A stretch of 63,589 nucleotides of DNA, the filler included, from Octopus bimaculoides (taxonomy: Eukaryota), in assembly GCF_001194135.2 (NCBI RefSeq). It is 7 parts of 6 records of this genome, joined end to end, with 100 filler letters (N's around TTAATTAATTAA, not from the genome) between each part and the next. Parts side by side here need not be neighbours in the genome. Positions count along the whole stretch, not along the records: positions 9,994 to 37,054 come from NC_068992.1; positions 37,155 to 49,941 come from NC_068992.1; positions 50,042 to 53,227 come from NC_068989.1; 4 more parts are not named here. One strand, given 5' to 3'. The translations under genes and the position numbers were made by a program. The notes beneath the pieces were generated by a model. That model did not search any database. It had not been told where the DNA came from and saw nothing but the letters and a program-made list of their open reading frames with translations. Numbering within the stretch: the first letter of the stretch is position 1; each line of letters opens with the position of its first letter. Positions 36,729 through 50,387 of the stretch are shown piece by piece.

Positions 36729-37054
36729 CTCTGTATGTGATACTTTAATAGTACACATAAAACAAATTGATGTAGTTGTATGCTCAACATACCGTCCACC
36801 AAATACCGCAAAGCAGGAAGGTAAATTTGAGGACAGCCTCAGACGCATAGAAGAGGTCCTGACAAATCTGGACCAACACATCAATATACTTTTCCTAGGC
36901 GACTTTAACCTCCCAAATGTTAAATGGCCTGAATGTCACATCCTCTCTGGGATGTCACTGCATGAACAAAGCCGGGCAAAATCATTGCTAGAGCTATTCA
37001 TGGAACAAGTGATACTCCAACCAACCAGGGGAAGCAATATTTTAGATCTCTGAT
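36729..37054 (+). mobile_element. CR1-like LINE, AP-endonuclease domain fragment
   Basis: [15 protein letters not shown]...[14 protein letters not shown]...QVILQPTRGSNILDL: the YRPP, GDFN and PTR--NILDL motifs of APE domains. Ends at a gap. Confidence 0.85.
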
Positions 37055-37247
37055 NNNNNNNNNNNNNNNNNNNNNNNNNNNNNNNNNNNNNNNNNNNNTT
37101 AATTAATTAANNNNNNNNNNNNNNNNNNNNNNNNNNNNNNNNNNNNNNNNNNNNATATTAGGGATAAATCCAAAATTACAGGTAAAAAATCAATTTATTA
37201 AAAATTACAATTCAATTAAGCTTCACAGTATAAAATATATTAATATA

Positions 37248-38408
37248 TAGTATTACGGAAAAGAACCAAGGTTTATGAACTCATCGATGAAAATCCACTG
37301 TCACATATAGAAAAAATTTATAATTAAAAGTGCAATAAATAATTATAATATAATGCAAAGTAAATATCATAAGATCAAGATAATAAAATGACTACACTTG
37401 TTTCATAACCAATTTTCAAATAGAAAAATATTATTAAAATATCAAAATAATAACCATTCAATAATCAATCCTACATCCATTATAAAATAATCTAATAAGT
37501 ATATTATATATAAAAATCAACTAAACAAATTTTTTTTCTTTAAAATACAATTTGAACAAAGTTTAAGTTTCAAATAATAATGATACTATTAGCACATATT
37601 TAAATGATGCAATATTTAAGCTAGGTCATTTATGATTAAAAACATTTATTTATAAGACGTCTAGTGAAAATATTCTGTATAGGAAATTAACATAAAAAGA
37701 CTAGGTATTTATCGCATAAAACAGTATTAATCGAAAATATTTTAATCTTAATAAAATCGAAGTTGTATATTAGACTAAATGGTACTCTAATTTCAAAATA
37801 ATTTAGTGTTAAATGAGGTATCAATTAAAATTATCATTAAAATCAATTGAATAATAAAAAAAATACAAGAGTATTTATTTATTCCAAATAATAATATAAC
37901 ATCGTAAACAAAGTAAAAAATATACAAATCAAAATGTTATTATATTTCAAACTGAAACTTAGACGTAAAAGTCAAAACTCGCGGTTAATCAGAAATAAAA
38001 ATATGAATGAAAACATTATTATGAATGAAATATTAAGCTTAATATAGCTTAGGTCATAGTAAAAAAAATATTAATGATACTATAAACAAAGAAAAAGGCT
38101 AGTTGTTTATATCATAATATAGAATGAAATATTAAACAATATTAATCGAAAATATTTCAAATCAAATCAAATCGAAGTCATATTTAGGTTAAAATGATAC
38201 TCTCACTTCTAAATAATTTAGTGTTAAAAAAGGTATCGATTAAAAATAATCTTTAAAAATCAATTGAATAATATAAAATACAAGAATATATATTATTTTC
38301 AAACTATAGTATAAAATTATTTAACAAATAAATAAATATTATACTTTTTCCAATGCCTTCGTAGCTCATCGATGAGTTCATAAACCTTGGTTCTTTTCCC
38401 TAATACTA
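37248..38408. repeat. Very AT-rich element bounded by 43-bp inverted repeats, with an internal ~415-bp-period duplication
   Basis: TAGTATTA(C/G)GGAAAAGAACCAAGGTTTATGAACTCATCGATGA at 37248-37290 and inverted at 38366-38408 (42/43). ~37600-37910 resembles ~38020-38330. Confidence 0.75.
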
Positions 38409-38883
38409 NNNNNNNNNNNNNNNNNNNNNNNNNNNNNNNNNNNNNNNNNNNNNNNNNNNNNNNNNNNNNNNNNNNNNNNNNNNNNNNNNNNNNNNNNNNN
38501 NNNNNNNNNNNNNNNNNNNNNNNNNNNNNNNNNNNNNNNNNNNNNNNNNNNNNNNNNNNNNNNNNNNNNNNNNNNNNNNNNNNNNNNNNNNNNNNNNNNN
38601 NNNNNNNNNNNNNNNNNNNNNNNNNNNNNNNNNNNNNNNNNNNNNNNNNNNNNNNNNNNNNNNNNNNNNNNNNNNNNNNNNNNNNNNNNNNNNNNNNNNN
38701 NNNNNNNNNNNNNNNNNNNNNNNNNNNNNNNNNNNNNNNNNNNNNNNNNNNNNNNNNNNNNNNNNNNNNNNNNNNNNNNNNNNNNNNNNNNNNNNNNNNN
38801 NNNNNNNNNNNNNNNNNNNNNNNNNNNNNNNNNNNNNNNNNNNNNNNNNNNNATATATATATATGTATGTATGTATGTATGTA

Positions 38884-39674
38884 TATAAATAATCCAGAAT
38901 GGGACAAGGACGCAAAACATCCAGACCGTTAGGTGATAGAAGAAAGGGACAAAACATACAGAGAGACGATACAAAGAAAACAAAGACATGTCATTCGGAG
39001 TTTTCTTTCTTCAGTCGAGATCCAGATTATCCTTGCAATTTCGGCTGGTTATTCTCGATATTGCTCCAATCTGGCCAACCCCAAGGAAAATCTAAGCTAA
39101 GAGCATTAGATTCCTTGGAACAAAGCAGCGAATGTATACAAAAACAAGAACGGGAAAAAATGAACAATGTTACACAAATACCACAAAAATAATAAAACAG
39201 AACATAACAACACATGTTTTTCGATTAAGGACGAATTAAATTAAGCTGGCGTTGTGGAAATAAGGCCTTATGGCAGGAATACAAGATTTCACAGTCACAG
39301 GGAAAAATAACGATGTTACATGTACAACGGCCGGCCAAGAAAGAAAGATCACGCTTGGCCGAACACTGGTCACGTGGGACGAGAAGAGAGAGAGAGGTAG
39401 AGGCAAAGGGGTAAAAGAATTAGGGAAGGGTGAGAAAAATGACAGGGAGACAGTGAAGCGAAAAATGGAGGGAAAGAACAGAAGGCAAGGAAATGTGAGC
39501 GAGGGGGAACGAAAGAACGAACAGTGGAATGAACGAATAAGGGTGAAGGGGCTGATAGACAGAAATAGAGCCGTACAAGATTTAGAAAAATGTATACTTA
39601 CATATAAGAAACGAGTTGTACATACGCCGCTATATATATATGTATAAATAATACAGAATGGGACAAGGACGCAA
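38884..39674 (-). mobile_element. Non-autonomous Penelope-like repeat with 32-bp terminal direct repeat
   Basis: TATAAATAAT(C/A)CAGAATGGGACAAGGACGCAA at 38884-38915 and 39643-39674. A degenerate hammerhead-like CTGAAGA..CTCC-GAAT-GACATGTC lies on minus at 38982-39019. Family assignment is inference. Confidence 0.45.
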
Positions 39675-39689
39675 TAATATATATATATT

Positions 39690-40105
39690 ATTGTTATTAT
39701 TATTATCATTATTATCATTATTACATATCCCATAGTCTGGTTCACCGTTGGGGACACACTGATGACTTTGCAACCAGATTCCTCCGCCATCTCTGTCTTC
39801 TGCCTCTCACACTGTCTCTCATCTTTTGGCCTGTTCACTTATAGATGTTGTTTTCTCACCTCTTTCTCTGTTTGCTTCTGCATCTGTCACCTTTGTCTGT
39901 TCATGCCCAAACCACCTGTTCTTGCGTTTCCTTACCTTGGTAAGAAGTTCCTCATAAAGCCCTATTGCCTGCCTTATTCTTCTCTTCACTTTCTCATTTG
40001 TGACACAATCTTTGATGATATTCCCAAAAGTCTCCTGAAACATTTCATCTCTGTAACCTGGATTCTTCTTTTGATTTCTGCTGTCAGTGTCCATGTCTCA
40101 TGTGC
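39690..40105 (-). mobile_element. RTE-clade LINE 3' end with (TAA)n tail
   Basis: Minus strand: HETWTLTAEIKRRIQVTEMKCFRRLLGIS...RRIRQAIG.YEELLTKVRKRKNRWFGH; tail at 39690-39722. Confidence 0.85.
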
Positions 40106-40469
40106 ACTCACACACACACACACGTGCACACGCATACATGCACACACACACACACACACACACAGAGTTATACAATCATTTGTGCTCAACATCAAGGGGA
40201 TATATTTTATTACTACTGGTTAGACTTTTGATAGAAATACTATACTTTTTACTATTTCCACTTATTCTGGCTTCTATCTGAGACCACGAATTCACCTGGA
40301 TGCCAAAATATGGGTGGCTGAAACTAATATATTACAATTATTATAAAGAAAATTTCATGACTGCATTCACAACAACCAGTTCTGTTCAATTAAATCAACG
40401 AGATTATCATCTCATCTGATATTAATGGTTCATACCCAGTTTGTTATTCATGATATATTTTTACCTCTC

Positions 40470-40956
40470 ATTTAGAAGGTAAAAATCAGTGGATTATGAC
40501 TGATGCACTGGAAGACCACAATAGTACTATTAGCATTGGTGGCAGAAACCTAACAAACCTGTGCTTTGTAAATGATATTGTCGGACTGGCAGGCTCAGAA
40601 CAAGAATTGAAACCATTAGTAAAACACCAGGACAAGACCTCCCATGAATATGGCATGTCGATCGGCGCAGAGAAAACAAAAATTATGGCAAACTGCTCAA
40701 ACGGAATCAGTACCAAAAGAAGCATCAGTGGAGTTGAGCTTGAACAATTTCAAGACTTCAGATATCTTGCAGTGATAGCGAGTGACCAAAGTTTCAAGCC
40801 TGAAGTGATATTCTGCATTGCTAAAGCAACAGCAGCAATGACCAAATTCAGAACACTGTGAAAAGACAGAAATATTTCACTGACCTCCAAACTAAGGTTA
40901 ATGAGATCACTGATGATCTCAATATTCCTGTATGTCTGTGAGACATAGACACTGTC
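40470..40956 (+). mobile_element. RTE-clade LINE RT fragment
   Basis: ISIGGRNLTNLCFVNDIVGLAGSEQEL (cf. NLRFADD)...AEKTKIM...FRYL...KDRNISLTSKLRLMRSL..SIFLYVCET*TL. Confidence 0.85.
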
Positions 40957-41932
40957 TCCATCATCATTAATTACGGAAAGAACGCTGATTAGTTTATGTA
41001 TAGTTACTGAAAGAACACTGGGTAAAAATTACTTAATATAAATAAATTAAGGACATATATAAACTGTTAAATTAAGATATGTATTTACTGTATACTTTTC
41101 AAATGCAGTCGTTTTATATTCTTGATACACCCTGGCAATGAGTACTTTCTCTAATGAGTTTGTCTATGTATATGTTTGTGTAGATGTCTTGGTTATCTTT
41201 AGCAAAACATAGAATATGGATCGTAAATCAAATTAATACACTTGTGAATGTTATCTAGTGGTTGACTTTTGAGATGTGACATCGAACATTGATCATCGTT
41301 TGTTACTGAAAGAACGGTAGTTCACACAAACATTCACGTACTTCCCTTGTACACACACACATACACACATATACTCACACAGAGCTGAAAGCTGTTTGAT
41401 TTTTCTTTTCAGTGTTGAATGTTCACCATCCCACTTCCATTGTGGGATGGTGAAAGAAAATCACCAACGATACACAGGCGGTCATATATTGAAATGACCG
41501 AAAGGGAATGAGTTAAGACAAAGTTCTTTCAAAGACAGGAGAGTGCAAGAGAAGGAGGTATGTGTGAGTATGTGCGTGCGCGCAGGTCTGTGTGGGTAAT
41601 GATTGTAAGTGCGTGTGTGTGTGTGTTTCTGGTTGTGGCTGTTTATGTATGTGTGTGGTTAGACTAGTGTCACTTAAAGTCGCAGGAAGAATTTATAGTA
41701 ACAATTTTGGTAGGAGAGGCAATCTGTTGTGTATCTACCTACACATCTGCGTTGGGGAATGGTCAGTAGAAAGGTTTTTACCTGGTAGTTTGAAGTGTGT
41801 GTACGTGTATGTATGAGTGTGTTGTGTGTGTATGGGAGGTATGTGTGGGTTCATTTGCATGTGTGTGTGTGTGTGTGTATGTGTGTGTGTGTACATGTGT
41901 GTGTTTATATGTATGTGTATATACATATACAA

Positions 41933-41989
<57 letters not shown>

Positions 41990-42229
41990 NNNNNNNNNNN
42001 NNNNNNNNNNNNNNNNNNNNNNNNNNNNNNNNNNNNNNNNNNNNNNNNNNNNNNNNNNNNNNNNNNNNNNNNNNNNNNNNNNNNNNNNNNNNNNNNNNNN
42101 NNNNNNNNNNNNNNNNNNNNNNNNNNNNNNNNNNNNNNNNNNNNNNNNNNNNNNNNNNNNNNNNNNNNNNNNNNNNNNNNNNNNNNNNNNNNNNNNNNNN
42201 NNAATAACGACCCTTCATCAGTTGTCGGC

Positions 42230-42530
42230 TGTTCATCTACTCCACTAAAAATTTGAGTATGAGACGTGTGTCTGCCAAGTTTGTGCAAAAACTGCTTTCA
42301 GGTGACCAAAAAGACACACGGGTTTCAGTTGCGCAAGATCTTGATTGGAAAAAGAGCGATGAAAATTTTTTGAAAACTTTTCATAGGCCTCTATGCAGGT
42401 ATCATGAAGCTTTTTAGCAAAATTTGACGCAGGTTCTGTGCTCAACTTTCTCTGTTATGGTCAATGCAACGATCACACGCTACACACCTTCCTTCCAAGC
42501 ACTGCTGTAAACAGTGAGCTAGGACGTTAA
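42230..42530 (+). mobile_element. Mariner transposase fragment (linker region)
   Basis: LSMRRVSAKFVQKLLSGDQKDTRVSVAQDL matches the mariner MRRVSAKFVPKLL linker. Confidence 0.75.
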
Positions 42531-42536
42531 ATTAAA

Positions 42537-42666
<130 letters not shown>

Positions 42667-45600
42667 ATATATATAGATATATATAATGCCAAGGCAACTT
42701 TTCCAGCATCTCAAGCCAATCTAATCATTACTATGGATGAGTATTTGTTGCACTGAAGTTTCACTCTAATCTCTTATGTCTCTACCAGCCATCATTGGAA
42801 ATTTATATAAACTTTTTCAATAAATTTTACAATAAAAATATTTTATTATGTTCTTTTTTGTCATGTATGCATAACATGCAACCCTGTTATACCAAACAAA
42901 TAACATACATTCAACCACAGTGTGAAATTGATGTAAACATACCCTTTCCTGTGCAACATTTGGTTAATTGCAATATTCGAAAACGCTGCCAGACCAACCA
43001 TCTTTCCACGATGGTGACTAGCCATAAAAATAAAGAAGCTAACAACAATGACAACTTCAGAGAAAGGCCAGTCAAATCAGCTATGCAACTGTTATTCGAC
43101 TGCCTTAGCCATGACAAAACAGAGTTGCTCAACACACTTCAAAGTGACAGAAAGCCAATGATCTACAGTTCACCATCCATCCACTACCAGTTTCATATCT
43201 TCAATGCTGACGTCAATAGCATAACAACTCACCATCAGCTACCAGCTTGAAGCTGGTAGCACAAACAATGAAATGTAACCGAACAATTTTTTGGACACAT
43301 GACTTCACAGAATAGATTCACAAGAACTCTTTCTTTGCATGTTCCCATTTTCTTTATTATCAACACCATTAAATCCAGTAGGTTTACTTTATGTGCTGCT
43401 AAAAAAAAAAAACAATTGTCACACTGTTAACTTCATTCATTCTCATGCCAGTATGCTTTACAATCTTGTAAACAATCACATTAAAGTTGCTTTTACTGTC
43501 ATTTCCTACAAAGCTATTGTAGACAATTTCATGCACAAGTTGCATTCATTTCCAGCAGACACACATGCAGCTGGCAATTTCACTAATGTGCATGTATTTT
43601 TCATGATGTTCCATTTCTCTCTGGCCGATTTCACACCATCCATCTTGCATTCACACTACACTCTGTTTTTGCAATGATTTTTGCTGCATGGTTACGCATA
43701 AATGTTTGCAGATTTCTCAGGTTAATTTTTGTTTCACCATTCCTGTTATCATAAACAACGTGCATACATGCATTCAATTACATGCATACCACATTCTCTT
43801 GGAATTTCCATGCAGAAGGAACACAAACCATGCTTTCTGTACTCTCGTCTTCAGCCAGCTATTGTCTTGACTTTGCTATAATCTCATTGTCTCTTGAATA
43901 AATTTTAAGTGGCTCAGCTCATCCAGCACATTGGTTTCTTTTTCCTTCACTATACACAGCACCTCCAAAAGCAGTACAATTTATATATCTATGAAATTTG
44001 TATTTAGTAATAATAATATTTTGTCCCAAACTGCATTTGTTACGCATTCACAAACACATACCTTAGCAACAGACAAGTTAAAGCAAGTTTTGCTTTTGCT
44101 GGCTCAATAGCAGATAAATTTGCACTTTCTGCACACCTCAATTACAGTCCATTACATTCATGTATGCATCTTATATGGTGTCCCTACTTCTAGGCGAAAC
44201 GCACCCTCTTTTCATTACTCTTCTACTCCATATTGTTGCTTTAAAGCTGGCAGTTTAATAACTCTTGCATTTTTATTTGTTTAAGTAAGGTATACAATAA
44301 CTTCTTTCTATCTATTGCTTATATTTGTATTGCAAAATAGCTTTCTTCCTCAAGTCTTTGACTACTAATACAAGCATTACTACATCACTTTTACTTTTGT
44401 TCATGCTTCGCATATTTAAGTGCATTCTTATTTGTGTTATACTTTGTATGTAAATTTCTCCGCTATTATTATTTTAGTCAATACATTGTTTACCACTTCA
44501 TCACTGGTGGATGCTGTGTAGTGAGACAGAATTGAACCATAAATTCTCTGCTGTCAGGTCTGTACAACATGTAGATCCTGCCCAAATCATTCAGTCTGTC
44601 GTTATTATCAACCAATTAGCTTGCAGTAATATCATGCCATATGATGAACTTAATCGAATGTCTATGATGCTTTTCTACAGTTTCATAGTATCAAGAACAT
44701 TTGCAGAGGTTGAGAAAGAGAGAGCTAAGAACACACATCCACACCTCTTTCCAAGAAAAATTGAGTCTTCCATTGTTGATTTGAGATAGAATTGGAAAGA
44801 ATTCTTCTTCATAATTTCAAACCAATTTTCCAGGCATCTCAAGCCTAAATAATCATGACTATAAATATTTGTTACAGCTGGAGTTTGATTCCAATCTCTT
44901 ACATCTCTAGCAGCAGTCATTAGAAATTTATATAAACATGTTCAACAAATCTTACAATAAAAGAATACACAATTTTGTTCACATCTGTTAGTTATGATAT
45001 AGCGTGTGCTCAAAACAGCAACTAATAACAGCAAACCAATGAGCCTGTGACATTGGTGACAACATTTTATCAGTGTTTTAAATTAATATAGTTATCTATA
45101 TATCCTACATAGTGTATATACATTGCTGACAGGCATGTTACTGTCCGGGGATAACATCTGTAACAGTCGTATAGTGTTTAAAAAGTAATTAATATTGAAA
45201 GGAGACAAAAAAATCACTCCACCGAGAACGCCAAATGAATTTCAGTCAAGTTGAGCCTTATAAATGATGTGGTACTCAAAACCCAGCTGACCTTTGTCAT
45301 GTCCATTATAGGAAATGACAAAAATGTATCTACTACTATTGTCAATAGCCACCTGGTTTAATACTAAAATTTTCTCTGGACAAATATTGCAGTAACTTAC
45401 CTGCCAGTGGTGTATATACATTAAGTAGATACATAGATGGCTATTTTAATTTAATACTACTTCAATTGCATACATAAAATTTTTGTTAAGCTATTCAAAG
45501 AACCAGTGAATTTATTGTTTTCAGTGTTTTCTACATTACTGATGGCAAATACCATCTAGACATGTGGTTGGCTGTAAGTAAATGCCATTGATATTTGTAT

Positions 45601-47073
45601 ATATACCCATACACAAACACATGCTCATGCACACAGAAATAGGTTATGAATTACACTGTTATATTGTACAGCAATGTGTAAGATCATTTTTGACACTTCA
45701 AACTGTGTACTTAAATTTATATTATATTTTATATAATGATTAGTGTCTATTTATCATTGATACATGCGTCTGGGTTGAGATGGTGGAGATGTGGTTATTT
45801 ATGTCATTGGCTGTGTGATGGTAGATGCATTGTTACAACACCATGCACTTTTGCTGATGAAAAAGTGGTTGGATTTGGCTTCTGCTTGTTGTGTGTGACT
45901 TGCTTTGGGGAACTCTAAACGTCTGATCATGTTGTTGTGTCAAAAGCATTATATTTCTGTACTGTTTATCAATCATTCAATGGCCTACTGGTAGAATATA
46001 GATGCTAGTTTCTTTACATTGTATCCTTTGATCCTTTCTTTTATATTATGGACAATTTGTTATATATAGGTTGCTGCCACTCTATACACCTCCTGCATCC
46101 ACAGTTTTTCAATTTACTTAATATTGAGTGCTATAATGGCTCTTCCTATATTTTCAACTACATTGATTGTGGGTTTCATTTTGTGTAACATTGTCCTAAA
46201 TGCATGATATAATTTGCTTATTATCTGCAGCAAAAGATTCACCCTAAAACTTGTTATTTTTATGCAACGAACCTGCCTTGTCTGTGAATTTACTTTTTCT
46301 TTCTAACATGATAATTTTATTATCCATCCATCCATCCATGTATACATGCATACCTAAATCTATACATACATACATACATACATACACACATACATACATA
46401 CATACATACATACATACATACAAACATACATACATACATGTATCCCTCACAATACCTGTATAACATGAACTGGAAATAAATCTGTCCATATCTATTATTT
46501 GCTAACATAAAACTTCTTTACTGCAAATCAGCATTCTCTCTATGCATTTCATTCTTTATTGACGAGCTCTGCATGCAAAACATACAGAGGCAGAACCTAA
46601 TTCTGCAGGAGGTTTAATCCTGAAGACTGTAGTTTATGTCAAGTTCTGCTATTGAGGTCATTTTTAGTGAATATAAGCTATGTTATATAAACACTGTGCA
46701 TTAACAACTTGTTGATGTTAAGCTTATTGTATTGAGTACATAAACAAAAGTAAGGAGAAGGCTTCAAGGTTCTCCCTTTCCACTCATGCACAAACAGACC
46801 CATACACACATATTTAATTTACACACATACATACACAGTTTATATATGTATATTATGTATTTGTGTATATGATGCGTCCTGCCTAACTCTTCGAAACGCC
46901 GGTGTTTAAACGGAGGTAGCTGATGAAGTAGAATGTTCTCTATGTGGCTTGTGTGTTTTCTCGTCTCTGTTTTGTTTGCAATGTCCTGTACCCAGATATG
47001 CACCTATACATACAGGTGGATATCGGTATGCACATACCTGTACGTATATATGCATATACTCATTTACTATTTG

Positions 47074-47113
<40 letters not shown>

Positions 47114-47329
47114 TGTGTGTATATGTATATTCAGGTGTGTGTATATATATATATTTGTGTGTGTGTGTGTGTATAGGTGTATATATATAATACACTTGAT
47201 TGTTGTTCCCCCACCTGTCTTTGTCATTTGTTTTCTGTAAACTTGAACTCTATGTGTATGTGTGTGCGTGTGTGTGTGCGTGTGTGTGTGCACATATGTA
47301 TGTATGTATTCTTTTACTTGTGTCAGTCA

Positions 47330-47640
47330 TTTGACTATGCCTGTGCTGGAGCACTGCTTTAAAGGGTCTTAGTGAAAGAAATCAACCCCAGGACCTATTC
47401 TTTGTAAGACTAGTACTTAGTCTATCAGTCTCTTTGGCTAAACTGCTAGGCCACAGAGATGTAAGCACACCATCATCAGTTGTCAAGCGATGGTGCGGGT
47501 ACAAACATGGACACAAAGACACATACACGTAAATAAATACATATACGTGACGGGCTTCTTTCAGTTTCTGTCAACCAAATCCATTCACAAGGCTTTGGTC
47601 AACCTGAGGCCACAGTAGAAAACTCTTACCCAAAGTCTTA
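47330..47640 (-). mobile_element. SINE body/3' part (tRNA-headed family), next to a gap
   Basis: GACGGGCTTCTTTCAGTTTCTGTCAACCAAATCCATTCACAAGGCTTTGGTC is the reverse complement of the family seen at 16920. Confidence 0.6.
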
Positions 47641-48255
47641 TATATATNNNNNNNNNNNNNNNNNNNNNNNNNNNNNNNNNNNNNNNNNNNNNNNNNNNNN
47701 NNNNNNNNNNNNNNNNNNNNNNNNNNNNNNNNNNNNNNNNNNNNNNNNNNNNNNNNNNNNNNNNNNNNNNNNNNNNNNNNNNNNNNNNNNNNNNNNNNNN
47801 NNNNNNNNNNNNNNNNNNNNNNNNNNNNNNNNNNNNNNNNNNNNNNNNNNNNNNNNNNNNNNNNNNNNNNNNNNNNNNNNNNNNNNNNNNNNNNNNNNNN
47901 NNNNNNNNNNNNNNNNNNNNNNNNNNNNNNNNNNNNNNNNNNNNNNNNNNNNNNNNNNNNNNNNNNNNNNNNNNNNNNNNNNNNNNNNNNNNNNNNNNNN
48001 NNNNNNNNNNNNNNNNNNNNNNNNNNNNNNNNNNNNNNNNNNNNNNNNNNNNNNNNNNNNNNNNNNNNNNNNNNNNNNNNNNNNNNNNNNNNNNNNNNNN
48101 NNNNNNNNNNNNNNNNNNNNNNNNNNNNNNNNNNNNNNNNNNNNNNNNNNNNNNNNNNNNNNNNNNNNNNNNNNNNNNNNNNNNNNNNNNNNNNNNNNNN
48201 NNNNNNNNNNNNNNNNNNNNNNNNNNNNNNNNNNNNNNNNNNNNNNNNNNNNNNN

Positions 48256-49941
48256 ACTAACTTTTTACCACTGCAGATATAAAAACAAAGGCAATGATGA
48301 TCGATTACATCAATATAAACAAAGACAATGATGTAATAAGGGCTATAGATGAAATGAACCCAAACTCAGCTACTGGCCCTGATGGATTCCCAGCAATCTT
48401 TCTAAAAGTATGTAAGCGAGTCCTAGCAAGACCACTGCAATCCCTCTTTCAGCGCTTCCTTGCAACTGGCAAACTTCCAAGAAAACTGAAGGAGGGTAAA
48501 ATATGCACTATTCATAAAGGAGATAGCAGAGTGGAGGCCAAGAACTACAGACTTATCTCTCTGACCTCGCACATCAGCAAGGTCATGGAACGAATAGTCA
48601 GAAGAAAACTAATTGCCTTCCTTGAAGAAAATGACTTGCTGCCTGACACTCAACATAATTTCTGACCAGGAAGAAGCTGCCTGACTCAGCTATTACAACA
48701 CTATGACTGCTCAACCAGTCAAATGTGGAAGTAATATATCTCAACTTTGCAAAGGCTTTTGATAAAGTCAATCATGGAATGATATGTCACAAACTGAATG
48801 ACTTCGGTATAGTTGGAAAATTGGGAGAATGGCTTCATGTCATTCTGAATGATAGAAGTCAGGTGGTAGTAGCCAATGGGGCCCACATCCAATGACACTC
48901 AAATAGTGAGCGGTGTTCCACGAGGCACTGTTTTGGGACCACAACTATTCCTGATGGCCCTCTCAGACATGCCTTCAGCCACACAGAGAGCTATCATCAC
49001 AAGTTATGTAAATGATAGAAAAGTCTCACAGGTAATACAGAACTCTGAAGACACTGTGCACTTGCAATGTGAGCTGGATGAAATATACAAGTGGACTGAT
49101 AAGAATAGCATGCAGTTTAATGCTGAAAATTTTCAAGCCTTGTGCTATCAGCATGCAAAACTAAAGGCAATACCTATTAAATACACTGGTTCTGGAGGGA
49201 TTGAAATCTGAAAGGCACGATGCATCCTTTCATGTGCATGTTGCTAAATTGGCAATGAAATGCAGGTGGCTGACTGGATGGATTCTTAGAACTTTTAGAA
49301 CAAGAGATCAGGAAACCATGATGGATCTCTGGAGGACACTTGTCCTAAGCCACTTTGACTATTGCTCTCAGCTATGGTCACCAACCAGTGTCAAATTAAT
49401 CTCAGAACTTGAGGCAATCCAATGAAGCTACACAAAGAAGATAGCCTCTATGCAGCATAAAAGACTCAAGAGATTAAGACTCTATTCCTTAGAGTGTTAG
49501 CGAGAAAGGTATGCCATAATATACATCTGGAAGATCCTGGAAAGACTTGTCATAAACTTTGGCATTGAGACTTACACAAATACTAGAACTGGGCACCACT
49601 GCAGAGTGGCAAGGACTCCAAATTTGCCATCAAGATGTAGGACAAGATACTGCAATAGCCTGGGCTTCAGAGCTCCACAGCACTTCAATATCCTCCCAAA
49701 GGACCTGAGAGACCTGCATAGGTTGGATGTAGGTGTCTTCAAAATAAAGCTAGACCACTTCCTGTCAAGTGTCCCAGATGAAGCAACTTCGTGGCTGGAG
49801 GTGCAGATGGGGGCAACTGCATCAAACTCTCTCATGCACCAAATGTCAATTCCTGAAAATCATTCGTGAAGTAAAATTATGTAGCAACACCAAATGGTGG
49901 TGCCCCAGCATGGCCACTGCCCGTGAGCTGAAACTAGATAA
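48256..49941 (+). mobile_element. CR1-like LINE, RT domain to 3' UTR, disrupted
   Basis: SATGPDGFPAIFLK..IHKGD..KNYRLISLTSHISKVMERIV, SGVPRGTVLGP, YVND (decayed YADD) and LWRTLVLSHFDYCSQLWSP. Multiple stops and frameshifts; gaps on both sides. Confidence 0.92.
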
Positions 49942-50069
49942 NNNNNNNNNNNNNNNNNNNNNNNNNNNNNNNNNNNNNNNNNNNNTTAATTAATTAANNN
50001 NNNNNNNNNNNNNNNNNNNNNNNNNNNNNNNNNNNNNNNNNATATATATATATATATATATAAAGATAG

Positions 50070-50138
<69 letters not shown>

Positions 50139-50387
50139 CGCATCTATACATTCACATATATCCATGGACACATGCATCCACATTCACAAACATTTATGCA
50201 TGGAAGCGTAGTTTAATATACATGTAACTGAATAGTGAGGATTTCATTTCGTAATATGAGGTTCGATCTCTGTGGGTGACACCTTTGGGCAAGTGTCTTT
50301 TCCGTTGTTTCAATTCAATCCCTCCCTCGTCAGTAGACGGAAACTGTACGGAATAAAGAGAGAAATATACATATACACATACATACA

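Noticed and set aside
46880-46935. Type II hammerhead arrangement CTTC-GAAA-CGCCGGTGT..CTGATGA-AG
   Set aside because: Stem I cannot form and stem II is only 1-2 bp.
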